Of a stretch of DNA of 64,000 bases, positions 24,112 through 36,237 are shown piece by piece. Each line of letters starts with the position of its first letter. Position 1 is the stretch's first letter. The notes beneath the pieces were generated by a model. It made no database searches. It was not told the origin of the DNA and was given only the letters and a program-made list of their open reading frames with translations. The position numbers and the translations under genes are program-made. Source of the stretch: Podospora anserina (lineage: Eukaryota); contig CM030336.1 of NCBI GenBank assembly GCA_017654855.1, positions 310,001 to 374,000 on the forward strand, written 5' to 3'.

Positions 24112-24474
24112 ATGGCCGAAAGCCGACCTGTCACCCGGGATGAGTTCGAGATCGCGATTATGTGCGCCCTCCCGCTCGAAGCTGAAGCAGTGCTGTACCT
24201 TTTCGACGAGTTTTGGGATCGAGAGGGCGACCCCTACGGAAGATCACAACAAGACTCGAATGAATACAGGACAGGGAGAATTGGCCAAGATGATGTTTTC
24301 CTCGTTATTCTCGCTGGGATGGGCACTATAAACGCTGCCAATGCTGCCCGCGACCTCCTATCCAGCTATGTCAAAATCCGATTATGTCTTGTTGTGGGTA
24401 TTTGCGGAGGTGTGCCATCACCCGAAGTTTCCGGACATGACGACGATATTCGATTGGGCGATGTTGTTATCTGA
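24112..24474 (+). pseudogene. Truncated nucleoside phosphorylase (PNP_UDP/Pfs) domain of the kind found N-terminal in fungal NLR proteins
   Basis: FEIAIMCALPLE, NEYRTGRIG, GMG, CLVVGICGGVP and DIRLGDVVI, followed immediately by TGA. The rest of the domain and any NACHT/NB-ARC region are not detectable downstream. Confidence 0.8.
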
Positions 24475-24978
24475 TCATCAATAAATTTGTCTGAGCATCT
24501 AAAAAACAGCACGGTAAGCATGGAAGCGAAGTTGAGAAAACCATAATCGCCAGCAAGCGAATGTGACGATATGTATTCGCCAGCAGGCGAAGCCATAAAA
24601 TACGTCATCACAAGCAGGCGAAGACATGATAAAAAGGGATCGTTAGCCAGCGAACCTAGCATAGTATCTCCATCCAAGCTTTGGTCTGGCAAATCTTTTA
24701 ACTAGTGGCCCTCTTTGATCGAAAGATCTCCGACAGTAATTTCGTATCGATAGACTAGCGGATGATTTGGGGCTGGATAGAACATCCGTAATAGATAATC
24801 ACGAGACTTTGATTCTTTCTAATCCGGAAGACGGTTTTCAGACGGTGGGGGACTATAGGTAAGCTTTCTAGGTAATTGTTAGGGTCTTGTTTTCTATCGA
24901 GCCCCCTCTTATCAACGGCAGACTGATAGCTGTCGGATTCAAAGCCACCCAAGCATATTAATTCTCTAATGCGCTGTC

Positions 24979-26467
24979 TCAATATTGCCAGTCAGTTCCA
25001 ATCTCCCTCAAGTCCTCTATCAAAGCCGGCGGGTTATCCAGCCCGGCAAAGGTACCTCCAAAATCATGATCTGCCACGCTGTCAACATCTGATCTAGCAT
25101 CAGCAGAACGGTTCCAGACACAAAGACTTACTTCGATACTCGGTAAGATTCCCAACCATTGCAATCACCTCCCGAGGCCAAAAAGCAGTGTTGTACTTGA
25201 AGAAGCTCACAAGAAGCGGCGCATCCGTCCTCGCCCGTCTCGGCACTCTTTCAAAGGCACCCGGATCTTGAGCGTAGATGTATATCGATGATCGAAATGT
25301 CCCCGTGAGGTAGTAGAGTGAAACACAACGCAACAATTCGTTTGTCGTTAATATGGATGGGGCTGTACCGGCTCTTGGGTCCGACCCTGTGAAGAATGTC
25401 AGTGATGTGCCAGCGGCCTGTGTCAGGGCTACCCTACAGTCAATGTACTTGTCGCCTATCCAGGCTAGTTGTCCTACAGGGTTGTCGTGTAGGGCCAAGC
25501 CAACTGTGTTGGGCTGTATGGCAGACGTGAGTTAGTTGTTGTAGAAGTCATCCAATAATGCAAGTTACCTTACTAACCTTGGTTGTCTGCATAACAAAAT
25601 ATCCCATACCATTGACACCCCATTCCACCGACCTTTGCAATTCGAATTGCTCCAGCGGCGAAAGAGAAATATTCCTCGCTGAAATCTCCTCAGGGGTAGT
25701 AGGATGAAAGAACATAAACACAAGATGGGCAGCTCTTGCTGTGGTGTTGAACTCATCGTACAAAGTAAACGAGATAGCCACGCCATGAGCAGTTCCGTGG
25801 ACAGCGTAGGTTTCATAGCCAAGGACCTTCGTCATGAGCGTGTTGTACACACGTGCTGTGTCATCCAGTGTCCAATTTTGTGGCGGGGATGATGAGAATG
25901 CAAACCCGGGCAGTGAAGGGATGATGATGTCAAATGAGACATTTCTGCCGGTGGACGTTCTTGCTTGTTGGGTCAGATCTTTGATGATGGGTAGAAACTC
26001 TAGAAACGAGCCGGGCCAGCCATGGCATAGAAGCAATGGTATTGCGGTTGGGTCTTTGGACTTTTCGTGGATGAAGTGGATTTGGAGACCCTCAATTGTC
26101 ACTGCGTAATGATGGAATCTTAAAAAAAAATAATGTGTCAGTCCATTGGGCTAGCTAGTTCTAGGAGACAGACATACTTGTTGATAGACGCTTGTTCTCG
26201 TTCCCAGTCAAAATCATGAAGCCATTCTTGCTTCAGTGCTTTGAGAGCGTCGAGATCAATCCCGAAGGAAGACCCAATCCCTGGATACTGCGGTTTCGCC
26301 GGAAGCTGTGTTGACCGGATGAGATCCAGCATGTGAGGAACATTCTTCGAAAGGTTTACCCGAAATGGTTTAACCTTGAAGGGAGCCGCAGGTGATGGGA
26401 TCGTCAATGCCGGTGTAACAAGACCAAGCAGCGATGTCGTGAGGGTTACCAGTCTGAGCAGCATCAT
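24979..26467 (-). CDS. Secreted epoxide hydrolase-family alpha/beta hydrolase homologue (EHN domain), catalytic residues substituted; about 5 exons
   Basis: Signal peptide MMLLRLVTLTTSLLGLVTPALT, FDWEREQASIN, IEGLQIHFIH, LLLCHGWPGSFLEF, PSLPGFAFS and ALHDNPVGQLAWIGDKY. The last exon is HDFGGTFAGLDNP. Confidence 0.88.
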
Positions 26468-26646
26468 CTTGACGCTGTGGAACTTGTCTTTGCGCAAGCT
26501 GCATGAGAAAATGTCTTAGCTAAAGCAATGCAGCATTCTAATGTGACCCTTCTACCGTCTATCGCGTCTACCTATATCTCGGTGATTTCCAATTTTGGCC
26601 GTTTCCGCTGGTTGCCTGTGGTGTGTAACCAGCGGCTTATACGTCC

Positions 26647-28891
26647 TTATGCGGAGCCATTCACCTTTGATCGTCCGACCGCGAATTTCTCGCCCAACGT
26701 TACCCATGCGGCCACATAACTCAGAGTACGGAACGCTTTCGGATCAGCATGGTCGCCGAATCCCTTTTGCAGTGCATGCTCAACTGCGGCCCAGTTCACA
26801 AAGCCGAGGCCCTCAACTGCCTGTCTGGTCAGGAGGGTCTCAAACATGCGGTGCAAAGGACCCCCTTTAGGCCATTTGGTTGGTGCCAGGAAAGGGTGTT
26901 TTCTCCGTCGGTAAAGCTCATCAGTAATGAATGGCCTTACCGCCTCACGTAGAATCCATTTTTCAGTAAGACTGTGAAGACCAGAGCCGGCTGTCTTCCA
27001 AAGGGGACCCTGATTTTCTCCTTGCTTTGGCGTGGCTGTTTCGGCGGGATTGTACGATAGCTTAAGGCTGGGAGGAAGTCGGTTCACGTACTCGGCCAAG
27101 TGATGATCCAGGAAAGGGGTACGTGCCTCAACACTGTGTGCCATCTCTGTCCGGTCGCCCAGACACGACAAAAGGACATTGGCAAGACAGCTCTTATTCC
27201 ACATGTACAGGGCAGTGTGCAGTGGGTGCCAGCGCCCTCGCATCTTGGCGCGAACAGAAGCTGGGTGTGATGTAATAAGCGTGGCCCGGCAGTCGAGGTC
27301 TTGGAACTTGGATTGGACCCAGGGTGCAAAGAGGCCCTGGGTGGGATGCCACGCCAGGATACTCTCAGCCATACCCCGGGCGTTCGCGTCGGAAAGCGAG
27401 GGGTGGTCGAGCCGGCCGTCGTACTGGTTAGCACCGATATTGCGCCAGATGGCTCTCATCTCGGCATCCGTGGTCTGTCTCATGGCCTCGCGAAGCTCGT
27501 TGTCAGAGCTGAGTGTCGTATCTGGCAGCGCGAGGTCTGGCTCGCAGAGAAACTCGGCAGGGAAGTAGGGATATCCAGCAAAATGCTCGTCGGCTCCTTC
27601 ACCCGTGAGAACGACCTTGACACCATGATCTCGAGGTAGCGTAGACAAAGCAAACTTGGCCACAGTGTTGAGGTCGAAGTGGTGATGCTCGCAATGCCAC
27701 ACGGTGTCGGAAAAGTCGCTTGCCAGACGTGCCTCGTTGACATCGACTTTGATGGTTTCAACCCCAAGCCATTTTGCTGTTCTTTCTGCGATACTGGACT
27801 CGTCATAACCGGATTCTTCTGGGAATCGAACACTGAAGCAGGTGACTGGAGTGGTTGGTTCACGGTCTCCAATTTTTACATGCTCCGTCTTTGCCAGGTG
27901 GGTAACGATACCAGCGACAGCTGACGAGTCGATGCCACCAGACAGGTAAATGCCAACTGGGACATCAGCGCGCAGCCTAAGACGAATCGAATCGACCAGC
28001 CTTTCACGAACACCTTCGACCATCTCTTCAAGCGGCCTTGTCTCAACTTTGGTCTACCATGTGTTAGCACTATTCCCGCAAGAATGGCCAAGCGGCGATA
28101 TCCTTGTTACTGACCTTATCTTCATACTCAGCGTCCCAGTATACTTGATCTTCGATCCCCTTCTCCTCTGTCACCTGAAGCCAATGCCCAGGAAGGACCT
28201 TGTGGACTCCCTTGAAGAGGGTCCTGTCGTCAAGCATCCACCCACCGCTGACGATAGCATCAACGTCCCACTCGGCCTTCCATCCCAGAGGCAAAAAAGC
28301 CTTGGCCTCTGAGGCGATCAAGAGTCGATCGTTCGACACAGTCCACACCAACGGCTTGATACCGAACCGATCGCGAGCAGCGATCACTCTTCTTTTCCCC
28401 TCACGACGATCATACAAGACGAATGCAAATTCTCCCCGCAAGTACTTGAAGAAATGAGGAGCGCCGTGGATCTTGTACAAGGCTACCACGAGTTCACTGT
28501 CGCTTTCTCCTCGAAATTGGTAGCCATGCTGCTCGCGACACTCCTCCCACAGTCTATCTTGGTCGTAGATCTCCCCGTTTACGACAGCATGGATGCTTCC
28601 ATCATCACTGACAAGGGGTTGGGAGCCGCTGGGAGAAAGGTCGTTGATGGATAAGCGGCAGTGACCAAGGGCAATGCTGCTGTCTTGGCTGATCCAGACT
28701 CCGGCTTCATCTGGGCCACGATGATTCAGGATATCGATGGAGGACCGAAGTTGCTTTTCAATGGGACCAGCCGAGAACGTTGAGCCATTTGTCTGAGCTG
28801 AATTGTTTGCTGGAGGAGTTTGTTTGGCGACGGCAGGCTCTGAATCAAGCCTGCCTCGCGGGAGGGCAATGCTGGCTGTGATGCCGCACAT
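26647..28891 (-). CDS. Asparagine synthetase-like glutamine-dependent amidotransferase (cluster-type)
   Basis: N-terminal MCGI (Ntn Cys), HRGPD, NGEIY, ARDRFGIKPL, PP-loop LSGGIDSS, TGEGADE and EARTPFLD. Intron 28054-28114 joins the two ORFs in frame. Confidence 0.93.
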
Positions 28892-29351
28892 CTTCAGACA
28901 AGGATGGTGGAAATCGTCAGGTATGATACCCTAGTTGGCTTTCGTGATGTATCAGTGTTTATGCTTTGTCGAAGTGTTGACTTTGGACAGCGAGAATGGC
29001 TTCTACAGCACCAGTGCATCAATCTAATCTGACCCAAAGATAACCTGGGCCTCTATTGATAACTTACATGGCTGTCGACTTACTAGTCGATGGTTAGTTT
29101 CCAGGTTCCTCATTTTAACTATCTCCGAATCAGTCAAGTTCGGCCCGGTGCCGTTTTTGGCCATGTAGCTGCTTCGCCCGCCGTTTTGATTCGCCACCAC
29201 GTCAGTTTCACTACATCTGCCGCTGATCAACGGTAGACTGCATGCAGAAGAACTGTTTCACTCGACATCACCTTAGCAAAGTGACGATCACTAATTCTCT
29301 CTGCATCGCGAAAACACCACCACGATAGAGGCTACCGCCAAAGCTCCAGTC

Positions 29352-31092
29352 ATGCAGCAGCAATTTCACCTCGGGACGCTCATTCAGGGGCATTGCCACG
29401 AGGTCGACATGTCCACGATGGAGACACTCGACGAGCTCAAAAGTGAATTGGGGAGGACTTTTGGATTTGTCGATGCAACGTGTGAGTCTTGCGGAATTAC
29501 AGCAAGGGATAATGAGATGACTGCATGCTAATTAATGTTTCATTGCAGCGATCACCTTCTATAGCCCCACAATAGGAACGCTGACTTCTCTTGAAGAAGT
29601 CAAGTCTTGTGATGGCCCGGTGGAGCTACGAGGCTCCCAAGATTCATCGGTCCGCATTCCGCCCGGACCAAAGACGCTTCCCGTCGTCGGTAACCACTAT
29701 GAGCTGTATCCCGACCCCCTTGGAAATTTCGACAGACTCTTTTCACGATATGGGCCCATGATCAAGACTGTAAACATGGGAACAACAACTTACCACACCA
29801 ATGACCCAGAAATATCACGACACATTTTGCTCGAGGGAGAATTCTTCACCAAAGCAACATCCAACCCCTCGCACCCGTTGTACTACCTCAGCGAGCAGAA
29901 TGCACTCTTCACCTGTGACACAGCATCCCCTGCCTTTGCCATCAGCCACAAATTTGTTCCACCCGCACTGTCACCCCGCGCCATAGCTCACCATGCACCA
30001 CTCATCAGAGCAGCAGCGCGGGATATTTTCCCCGTCCTCGATGAGCTCTCCACCAAAGACCTTGCATTCAACGTCTATCAATACATGTTCAAAATGGGCG
30101 GCCAGGTTATTTGGCGTGTAGTAGCCGGGCAGGACCTGCAGCATTTCAAAGCGGTCAACACACCGCCGGCGTTACCAATCAGGCTGTTTGGGCAATATCT
30201 GCACCTCATGAAGAAAGTCTCGCTACGCCCCGCTTGGTACGGACGACTGCCGTTTGGGGATGCAGCCCGACTTCGTGCAGTGCGCGATGAACTTTGGGCG
30301 GAGATTGCCAGAGCCCTGAGGGAATGTGCTTCACCTGACGGGGAGACGCTGTCGCTATCAGATCCGACTGCGTCGTTGAAAGCGACATGTATTGCTGATT
30401 ATCTCAGCCTGGTTAGAGACGACAAGGGCCAGGGACTACCTGAGGAGGTGCTTTTGGCCAACACTGTGGCGGTGCTGGGTGCTGGTTTCACTACCAGTGC
30501 CTCGCTACTGTCATGGAGTCTCTATGCGCTAGTAAAATATCCAGGCAATCAAGAGAGGCTCCTGCAAGAGCTAGTCGACCATGGGGCAGACAGCGAGAAG
30601 GACTGGACTTACGACCAGTTGCATGCCATGAAGTTTCTCGACTCCTTCATCAAAGAAACGCAACGGCTCCACAGTCCAAGTTTCCAGACAACGAGAAACG
30701 CAAAGAAGGATCTCATCTTGCCTGGTGGTTACTTCATCCCGGAGGGCTCCGTCGTCACGACGTGCTTTCCAAGCCTGCACAAGAATCCAGCTCACTGGGA
30801 CAATCCATTGAAATTTGACCCAGACAGGTGGCTCGAGCAGGGGTTTGCTGCCCAGGCAGCTCGCAAGGGGCTTTACACACCCTTTGCTGCGGGTAAGAGA
30901 GGATGTGTGGGGTTTAATCTGGCACTGGCCGAGGTCAAGATGGTGTTGGCTGAATTGGTATACAACTACAAGTTTGAGGATGCGTCGCCGGAAGCTGTTG
31001 TTTATGACCCAGAGTTTCTGGTCACTCGGCCACTCAACTTCTATGCGAGTGCCACGAGGAGGACGGAATGGCCATCGAAGAGAGCTGAGTAA
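29352..31092 (+). CDS. Cytochrome P450 monooxygenase without N-terminal membrane anchor (CYP540/CYP505-clan-like, tentative)
   Basis: Exon 1 starts at ATG 29352, and intron 29482-29548 splices in frame. Motifs: PPGPKTLP, I-helix AGFTTS, ETQR, PDRW and heme signature FAAGKRGCVG. Confidence 0.93.
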
Positions 31093-31762
31093 TGAGGGTT
31101 TTATTTTTCTATCTTTCGAAGGGGCGTGTTTGCTTTCGTTGACTTCATGTTCATACTTGGTTTCTTTGTAATCATTGACATATTCGTCACACGAAGAGGG
31201 GCAGCCGCTACACTTGGGAAATATCATAGGTTAGCGAAGGCGTCAGAAAATGGAAGCTATTGTTTTTGAGTTCAAACAAATTATCTTGGAGATTTGCGTG
31301 TTGCTCTTCTCACCCACCAGCTCACCATTGTCCTTGGCACTGACCCCTGAGCTAGTTGAGGGGTTTGTTTACTTTCCCCCCTATCCACACCGACCCCTGA
31401 ATGACTGCCCCACTTTTCCTCACACTCTTTTTCCTTGCCGGCGACGGCCGAATTCATCGGAATGTGGTGTGAAACTTTGGATCTGCTCGGGGAAGTGACA
31501 AATACAGATTCGGACCTTCGTTTCTTGTCCGCTTTTGGCACGCTCCGAGTGTGCAGGTGTTGCAATGCTGTGCGACAACCCAGCGTGGCTCAGAGCGACA
31601 TCGCCGTACCTGTCAATAACCGCCTCAAGCAGTCCATTGCCCCGTGGATTCAGACCGCAAATGCCGTTGATACCTATGTAGTAAGCAAGCATATCATTTC
31701 CCTATTCTACCCTTCCAAGCCTAGGCGCTGCACAGCATATCGTCGATCCCCGCATTGCCAAC

Positions 31763-32453
31763 ATGGCACAAATCACCAGCGCACACCTCCAGACGCACAA
31801 CACAGCCAAAGACCTCTGGGTGGCAGTTCATGGATACGGCAAGTCAAAATATCTCTTCTTTTTTCACCCTTACCTACCTACGGCTAACAAGAAGTGCAGT
31901 CTACGACCTGACCTCATTCGCAGCCGACCACCCTGGCGGCATTGACGTCCTTCTCGAATGCGCCGGCACTGACGCAAGCGAGCCGTACGACTACGCTGGG
32001 CATGGTGATGATGCGACAACGACGATGCAAAAGTTTAGGGTTGGGGAGCTCGCTGGGTATCGCCATGCCAAGAGCAAGACGAACACGGGTGGGGGGAGGC
32101 CTGTTGCAGAGTCTGCTGGTGGTAAGGGGTCGTCGTCGTGGATTGTGAAGGCCGCATCGGTGCTCAATTCCAGGATGATTTTGTCCTGTCTGATCGGTGG
32201 TGCTGCGTTGCTTGGGTTGAAATTACTTCAGCGAGCGCCTGTTGAAGGGGTGGATGGGCGATCGTTCAGTGGGGTGGAACCAGTGTATTCGTTCTTGGGG
32301 GGGTTGCTTGTCGCGACGGTGGTCTGTCTTGTTGGTGCTGGGTATGTCTACAATGAGTTTAATCGGACGCTGAAGCCGGAGAAGGAGGTGTTCGATTATC
32401 CAGCGCTCATTCCAAGGAGAAGAGACAAAAAGCTTGAAACATTGAGCACTTAG
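31763..32453 (+). CDS. Cytochrome b5 heme-binding protein with two C-terminal hydrophobic segments
   Basis: HNTAKDLWVAVHGY|VYDLT..ADHPGG..AGTDAS..YAGH, with both heme His ligands present. The reading requires GC-AG intron 31839-31899. Confidence 0.9.
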
Positions 32454-32916
32454 GCCAGCTTTGAGGTAAGGCTGTTTTAGATAGACATATACTGTACATA
32501 GAAATCATCAATTCTTCCTACAGCACTCCAATTTCTGTTTGTCACAAGTACCAAGCTGCACCACCTGCCACTCTGTCCAAGACATAACTATAACGCTGAA
32601 CTTGGTCAACATCATCCCGATCAAATTTCCCATGCTGATGTGCATATGCCAACAATTACTAAACATCACTCGGACAATGACGTTTGCGCTTGGGTTATCT
32701 GCCATTCCAACTGAATCCGACCCGGCCCGTGCCAAAAGCGGCCAGCTTCCGAGCTCGAGTTACACCACCCGCTTGTCACTCTGAGACACACAACCCCTCC
32801 GTCATTTCTGCTGGAAAGAATAATAACAAGATCCTGATCTTACTTACGGCTGAGGTTTGCATCCCTCCAAATCCTCCTCACACACCACTCCGTCTTCCAC
32901 CCAAAATTCCCACAAA

Positions 32917-33422
32917 ATGTCCCACCTTCCGTGTTTTTGCTACAAAGGATTTGGCGAAGAGAAGCGCCAGGAGCTTTGGTACAGCCAGGCTGTGCGTATC
33001 GGAGACAAAATTGAGTGCTCTGGTCAAGGTACGATTGCTCAGATCTGGTCTACCCTCTTCACCAACTAATCAGCGACAAAACAGGCGGCTGGAACCCCGA
33101 AACAAGCGAAGTCCACAAAAGCTTGTCCGACGAGTTCGACCAGGCGTTCAAGAATGTCGATCTAGCCCTTCGCACCGCTGGCGGAAAAGGGTGGTGTCAG
33201 GTGTACAAAATCCGTGTGTATCTTACCATCATTGACGACGAAGCGGTTGAGGCGTTGGTTCGCAACTTGAGGACGTGGATGCCGGATCATCAGCCTATTA
33301 TGACGGCGATTGGGGTGAATAAGTTGGGCTTGGAAGGGATGAGGATCGAGGTGGAGGCTGTTGCTCATGATCCCGAGGGGGCTGCGAAGCATGCTGCGGA
33401 GGAGGCAGCTGGTTCGCATTAG
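32917..33422 (+). CDS. Rid (YjgF/YER057c/UK114) family protein
   Basis: WYSQAVRIGDKIECSGQG|GW, QAFKNVDLAL and MRIEVEAVA. One intron at about 33029-33084. Confidence 0.9.
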
Positions 33423-33896
33423 GAAAGGGACACGCAGGATGTGCCATCGATAGCATCAATTTACCTTGCATTGCATGTGGTATGTTGGTTGGTTTAGTCA
33501 TAGCAGTGATCTCGGGCGGTGAGATTTTGGACCGAGATTTATTCCAATCAGGCGAATGGGGAGAAAGCCGTGGGACATGCGAGATCTCATCTTCCCGACG
33601 TCTTTGTGATCCATACGACGAGGGACGTCCCGTTAAGATTTTGCACAGCCACCTTGGGGTTCCCCCTTTTAGGCAAGTTTCATGTGCTTGGCCGACGCTT
33701 CACGGCTTGGACACTCCACCATGTGTACCAGTTGGTCATAGGTAGCATCAACAAAATAGATGGTTCCAAATTTGTCAGCCCATGATAATGCCATCTTTGA
33801 CATCTCCCATTTAATAAGCCGCCCCGATCTCCCTTGTTTCACAATTAACTTACTCAACCATCCACCTTCGACGCACCAACACCAAAATTCGGCGTC

Positions 33897-35051
33897 ATGA
33901 CCAACCCGTCAGCAGCACCAGTTTCAACCAAGTTCCTAAACGTCCTTGTCATCGGCGCAAATGGCTACCTTGGAACTGCCATTTGCAGCGCCTTTCTACG
34001 AACCAACGCTCCACCAACCTCCTTTCGAGTCCACGGCCTCATCCGCCGCGAATCAGCCGCCCACCAACTGGCAATGAACGAAGTCATCCCCATCATTGGC
34101 TCTCTCTCCGAACCCGACATGGTCCGCACGGCTGTCTTGTCCCACAGCCCTGTCTGGGACATAATCGTCACCTGCACCGAACCCTCCAGAGCCACCGAAG
34201 CAGCCCACTGGTCTGACCTCTTGGCGTTTATCCAGGACTTGGCCTCGGAGTCCGCCTCCCACGGGGTTCGCCCCTTCGTCCTCTGGTCGTCCGGCTGTAA
34301 AGACTACGGCACGACAGGATTACACGGTGAAAAGAGCCTCACGCCGCATTCGGAGGACTCACCGCTTCAGTCTCACCCCATCATCCGCGGCCGGATGGAC
34401 GCCGCGTTGCGCGTTCTTGAGGTGGCCGGTGCCGAAGGATCCGACTTTACGGCTGCCGTGGTGAGGGCTACACCTGTCTTTGGATACAGCGGGAGCTACT
34501 ACGGCGCTGCGTTCGATTATGCCGCGGCATTTGCTGGTGTCTTCGGGAAAGATGATATCAGGAGTCGAACCCTGGACTTCACGTCAGATGAGGGGACGAT
34601 CATGCATGGAGTTCACGTTGATGACTGCGGTGAAGGGTACGTGGCCCTGGCGACGGCGGCTCTACCGGACGATGATCGTAGACGGAGAATCGCTGGCAAA
34701 GTCTTCAACATTTCTGGGAGGAGATATGAGACATTGCGCGAAGTAGGCGTCGCCTTAGCGCAGGAGTATGGATTCGGACACGGAGCGAGGTTCGGTCTAG
34801 CTCAAGACGAGCTGCCAGAAGCGGTTTCTGGGCATAATTGTGGACTCGTCTTTGGATGGAGCCAATGGGTGAGCAGTGAAAGGATTCGGAACCTGACCCA
34901 TTGGTGTGACAAACGGTCGCTCTTCTCAGAGAATATCGGTGTCTATAGGCTGGCCTATGAAGCTGCTATTGAGGCTGGATTGGATGACGTGGAAAAAGTG
35001 AGAAGACGAATGGCTGGGAACTGGGGGGATGATCACAAGGCTGCGGAGTAG
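33897..35051 (+). CDS. Atypical/extended SDR, NAD(P)-dependent epimerase/dehydratase-like oxidoreductase
   Basis: Rossmann motif VLVIGANGYLG, WSSGCKDYG, VVRATPVFG, VHVDDCGEGY and VFNIS. Intronless 384 aa ORF. Confidence 0.85.
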   Translation: MTNPSAAPVSTKFLNVLVIGANGYLGTAICSAFLRTNAPPTSFRVHGLIRRESAAHQLAMNEVIPIIGSLSEPDMVRTAVLSHSPVWDIIVTCTEPSRATEAAHWSDLLAFIQDLASESASHGVRPFVLWSSGCKDYGTTGLHGEKSLTPHSEDSPLQSHPIIRGRMDAALRVLEVAGAEGSDFTAAVVRATPVFGYSGSYYGAAFDYAAAFAGVFGKDDIRSRTLDFTSDEGTIMHGVHVDDCGEGYVALATAALPDDDRRRRIAGKVFNISGRRYETLREVGVALAQEYGFGHGARFGLAQDELPEAVSGHNCGLVFGWSQWVSSERIRNLTHWCDKRSLFSENIGVYRLAYEAAIEAGLDDVEKVRRRMAGNWGDDHKAAE

Positions 35052-35514
35052 ACCCTTGATCGTCAGACTGCATGTACACAGAGGCTTGACCTTTCATAGC
35101 TGGGTAGCCAGTCAGAGTGTATCGCTGAAATCTGTATTCAGTGCCGGGAACGGACGTACGCCGCTGCTGTACAAACCGCTGACTTTCGGCGGTATTATGG
35201 ATCCAGGAATCTGGCACAGCTCAACCCGAAACAGACTATGCCATATCATAGTGAAGTTGCGAATAGCCTCGTGGTCGTGTGGCCGCTTGTGATGGTTGTG
35301 ATGGGTTATCTGTGAGCCCAGAGACCGGGTGCTGCAGCATATCCGTATGGATAACCCAGTAAAATCCACATGCTCCGACTTAGAACAACCTTTGTGTGTT
35401 TTGGTTGTTCGAGGTCAACATATGCATCATGACTCTCTGACCGTGCCATATGCCTCCTTCAAAGAATGTAAGCCTCAAACTAGCGGTGACAAAGCTTCCG
35501 GGCGGTGTGCCATA

Positions 35515-35560
35515 ACGTGTATGATAAGCGAGCGCCGCAGATAAGCGAGCGCCGCACTTT
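35515..35560 (+). repeat. Left terminal inverted repeat of the DNA transposon
   Basis: acgtgtatgataagcgagcgccgcagataagcgagcgccgcacttt, containing the internal direct repeat GATAAGCGAGCGCCGCA twice. Confidence 0.95.
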
Positions 35561-36237
35561 TCGACGCGACTTAACCCTCCACCTTTAACATTCCATTTCT
35601 GAACCAAAAACCATGTCTTCTACCTCTAACGAAGCTAGAGTAATTCTGGCCGCTAAAGCTATAAAAAACAATAAAAACCTAAGTAAACGAACCGCAACGA
35701 AGATCTATAAAGTAAACGATAAAACTATTCGTTGTCGATTTACCGGTATACTTATACGATATAATACTTTAATTAATTCGCGTAAATTTATAGATCTAAA
35801 AGAAAAAATAATTATTTAATATATAATTAAATTATCTATATATATATTTTATTCCCGGCTTTCGTATATAAAAAATATAATTAATCGATTATTATATAAA
35901 TATAACACGCCTTCTATTAACGTACGATAGGTTTATAACTTTATTAAACGTTAGTTAGAACTTCGGACACGTTTTACGCGTAAATATAATTATTAAAAGG
36001 TTAAATATAAGGATTTAAAAGTTATTAGTAAGTAATTTATTTTTATATAAAATATTAAAATTAAATATAGTATTATAAATAATAATATTTATAATTTTAA
36101 TAAAATTAAATCTATAATAAATATTATTATTATTATTATAATTATTATAATTTTTAATAACCGTAATAAAATTAAATAAGTTTAATTTAATAATCGTAAA
36201 TAAATTATAATTATTTAAAGTATAAATATTTTAAATT

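Noticed and set aside
35750-36237. Extremely AT-rich tracts as centromere or NUMT
   Set aside because: They are explained by RIP of the transposase between the matching TIRs, and transposase remnants remain readable.
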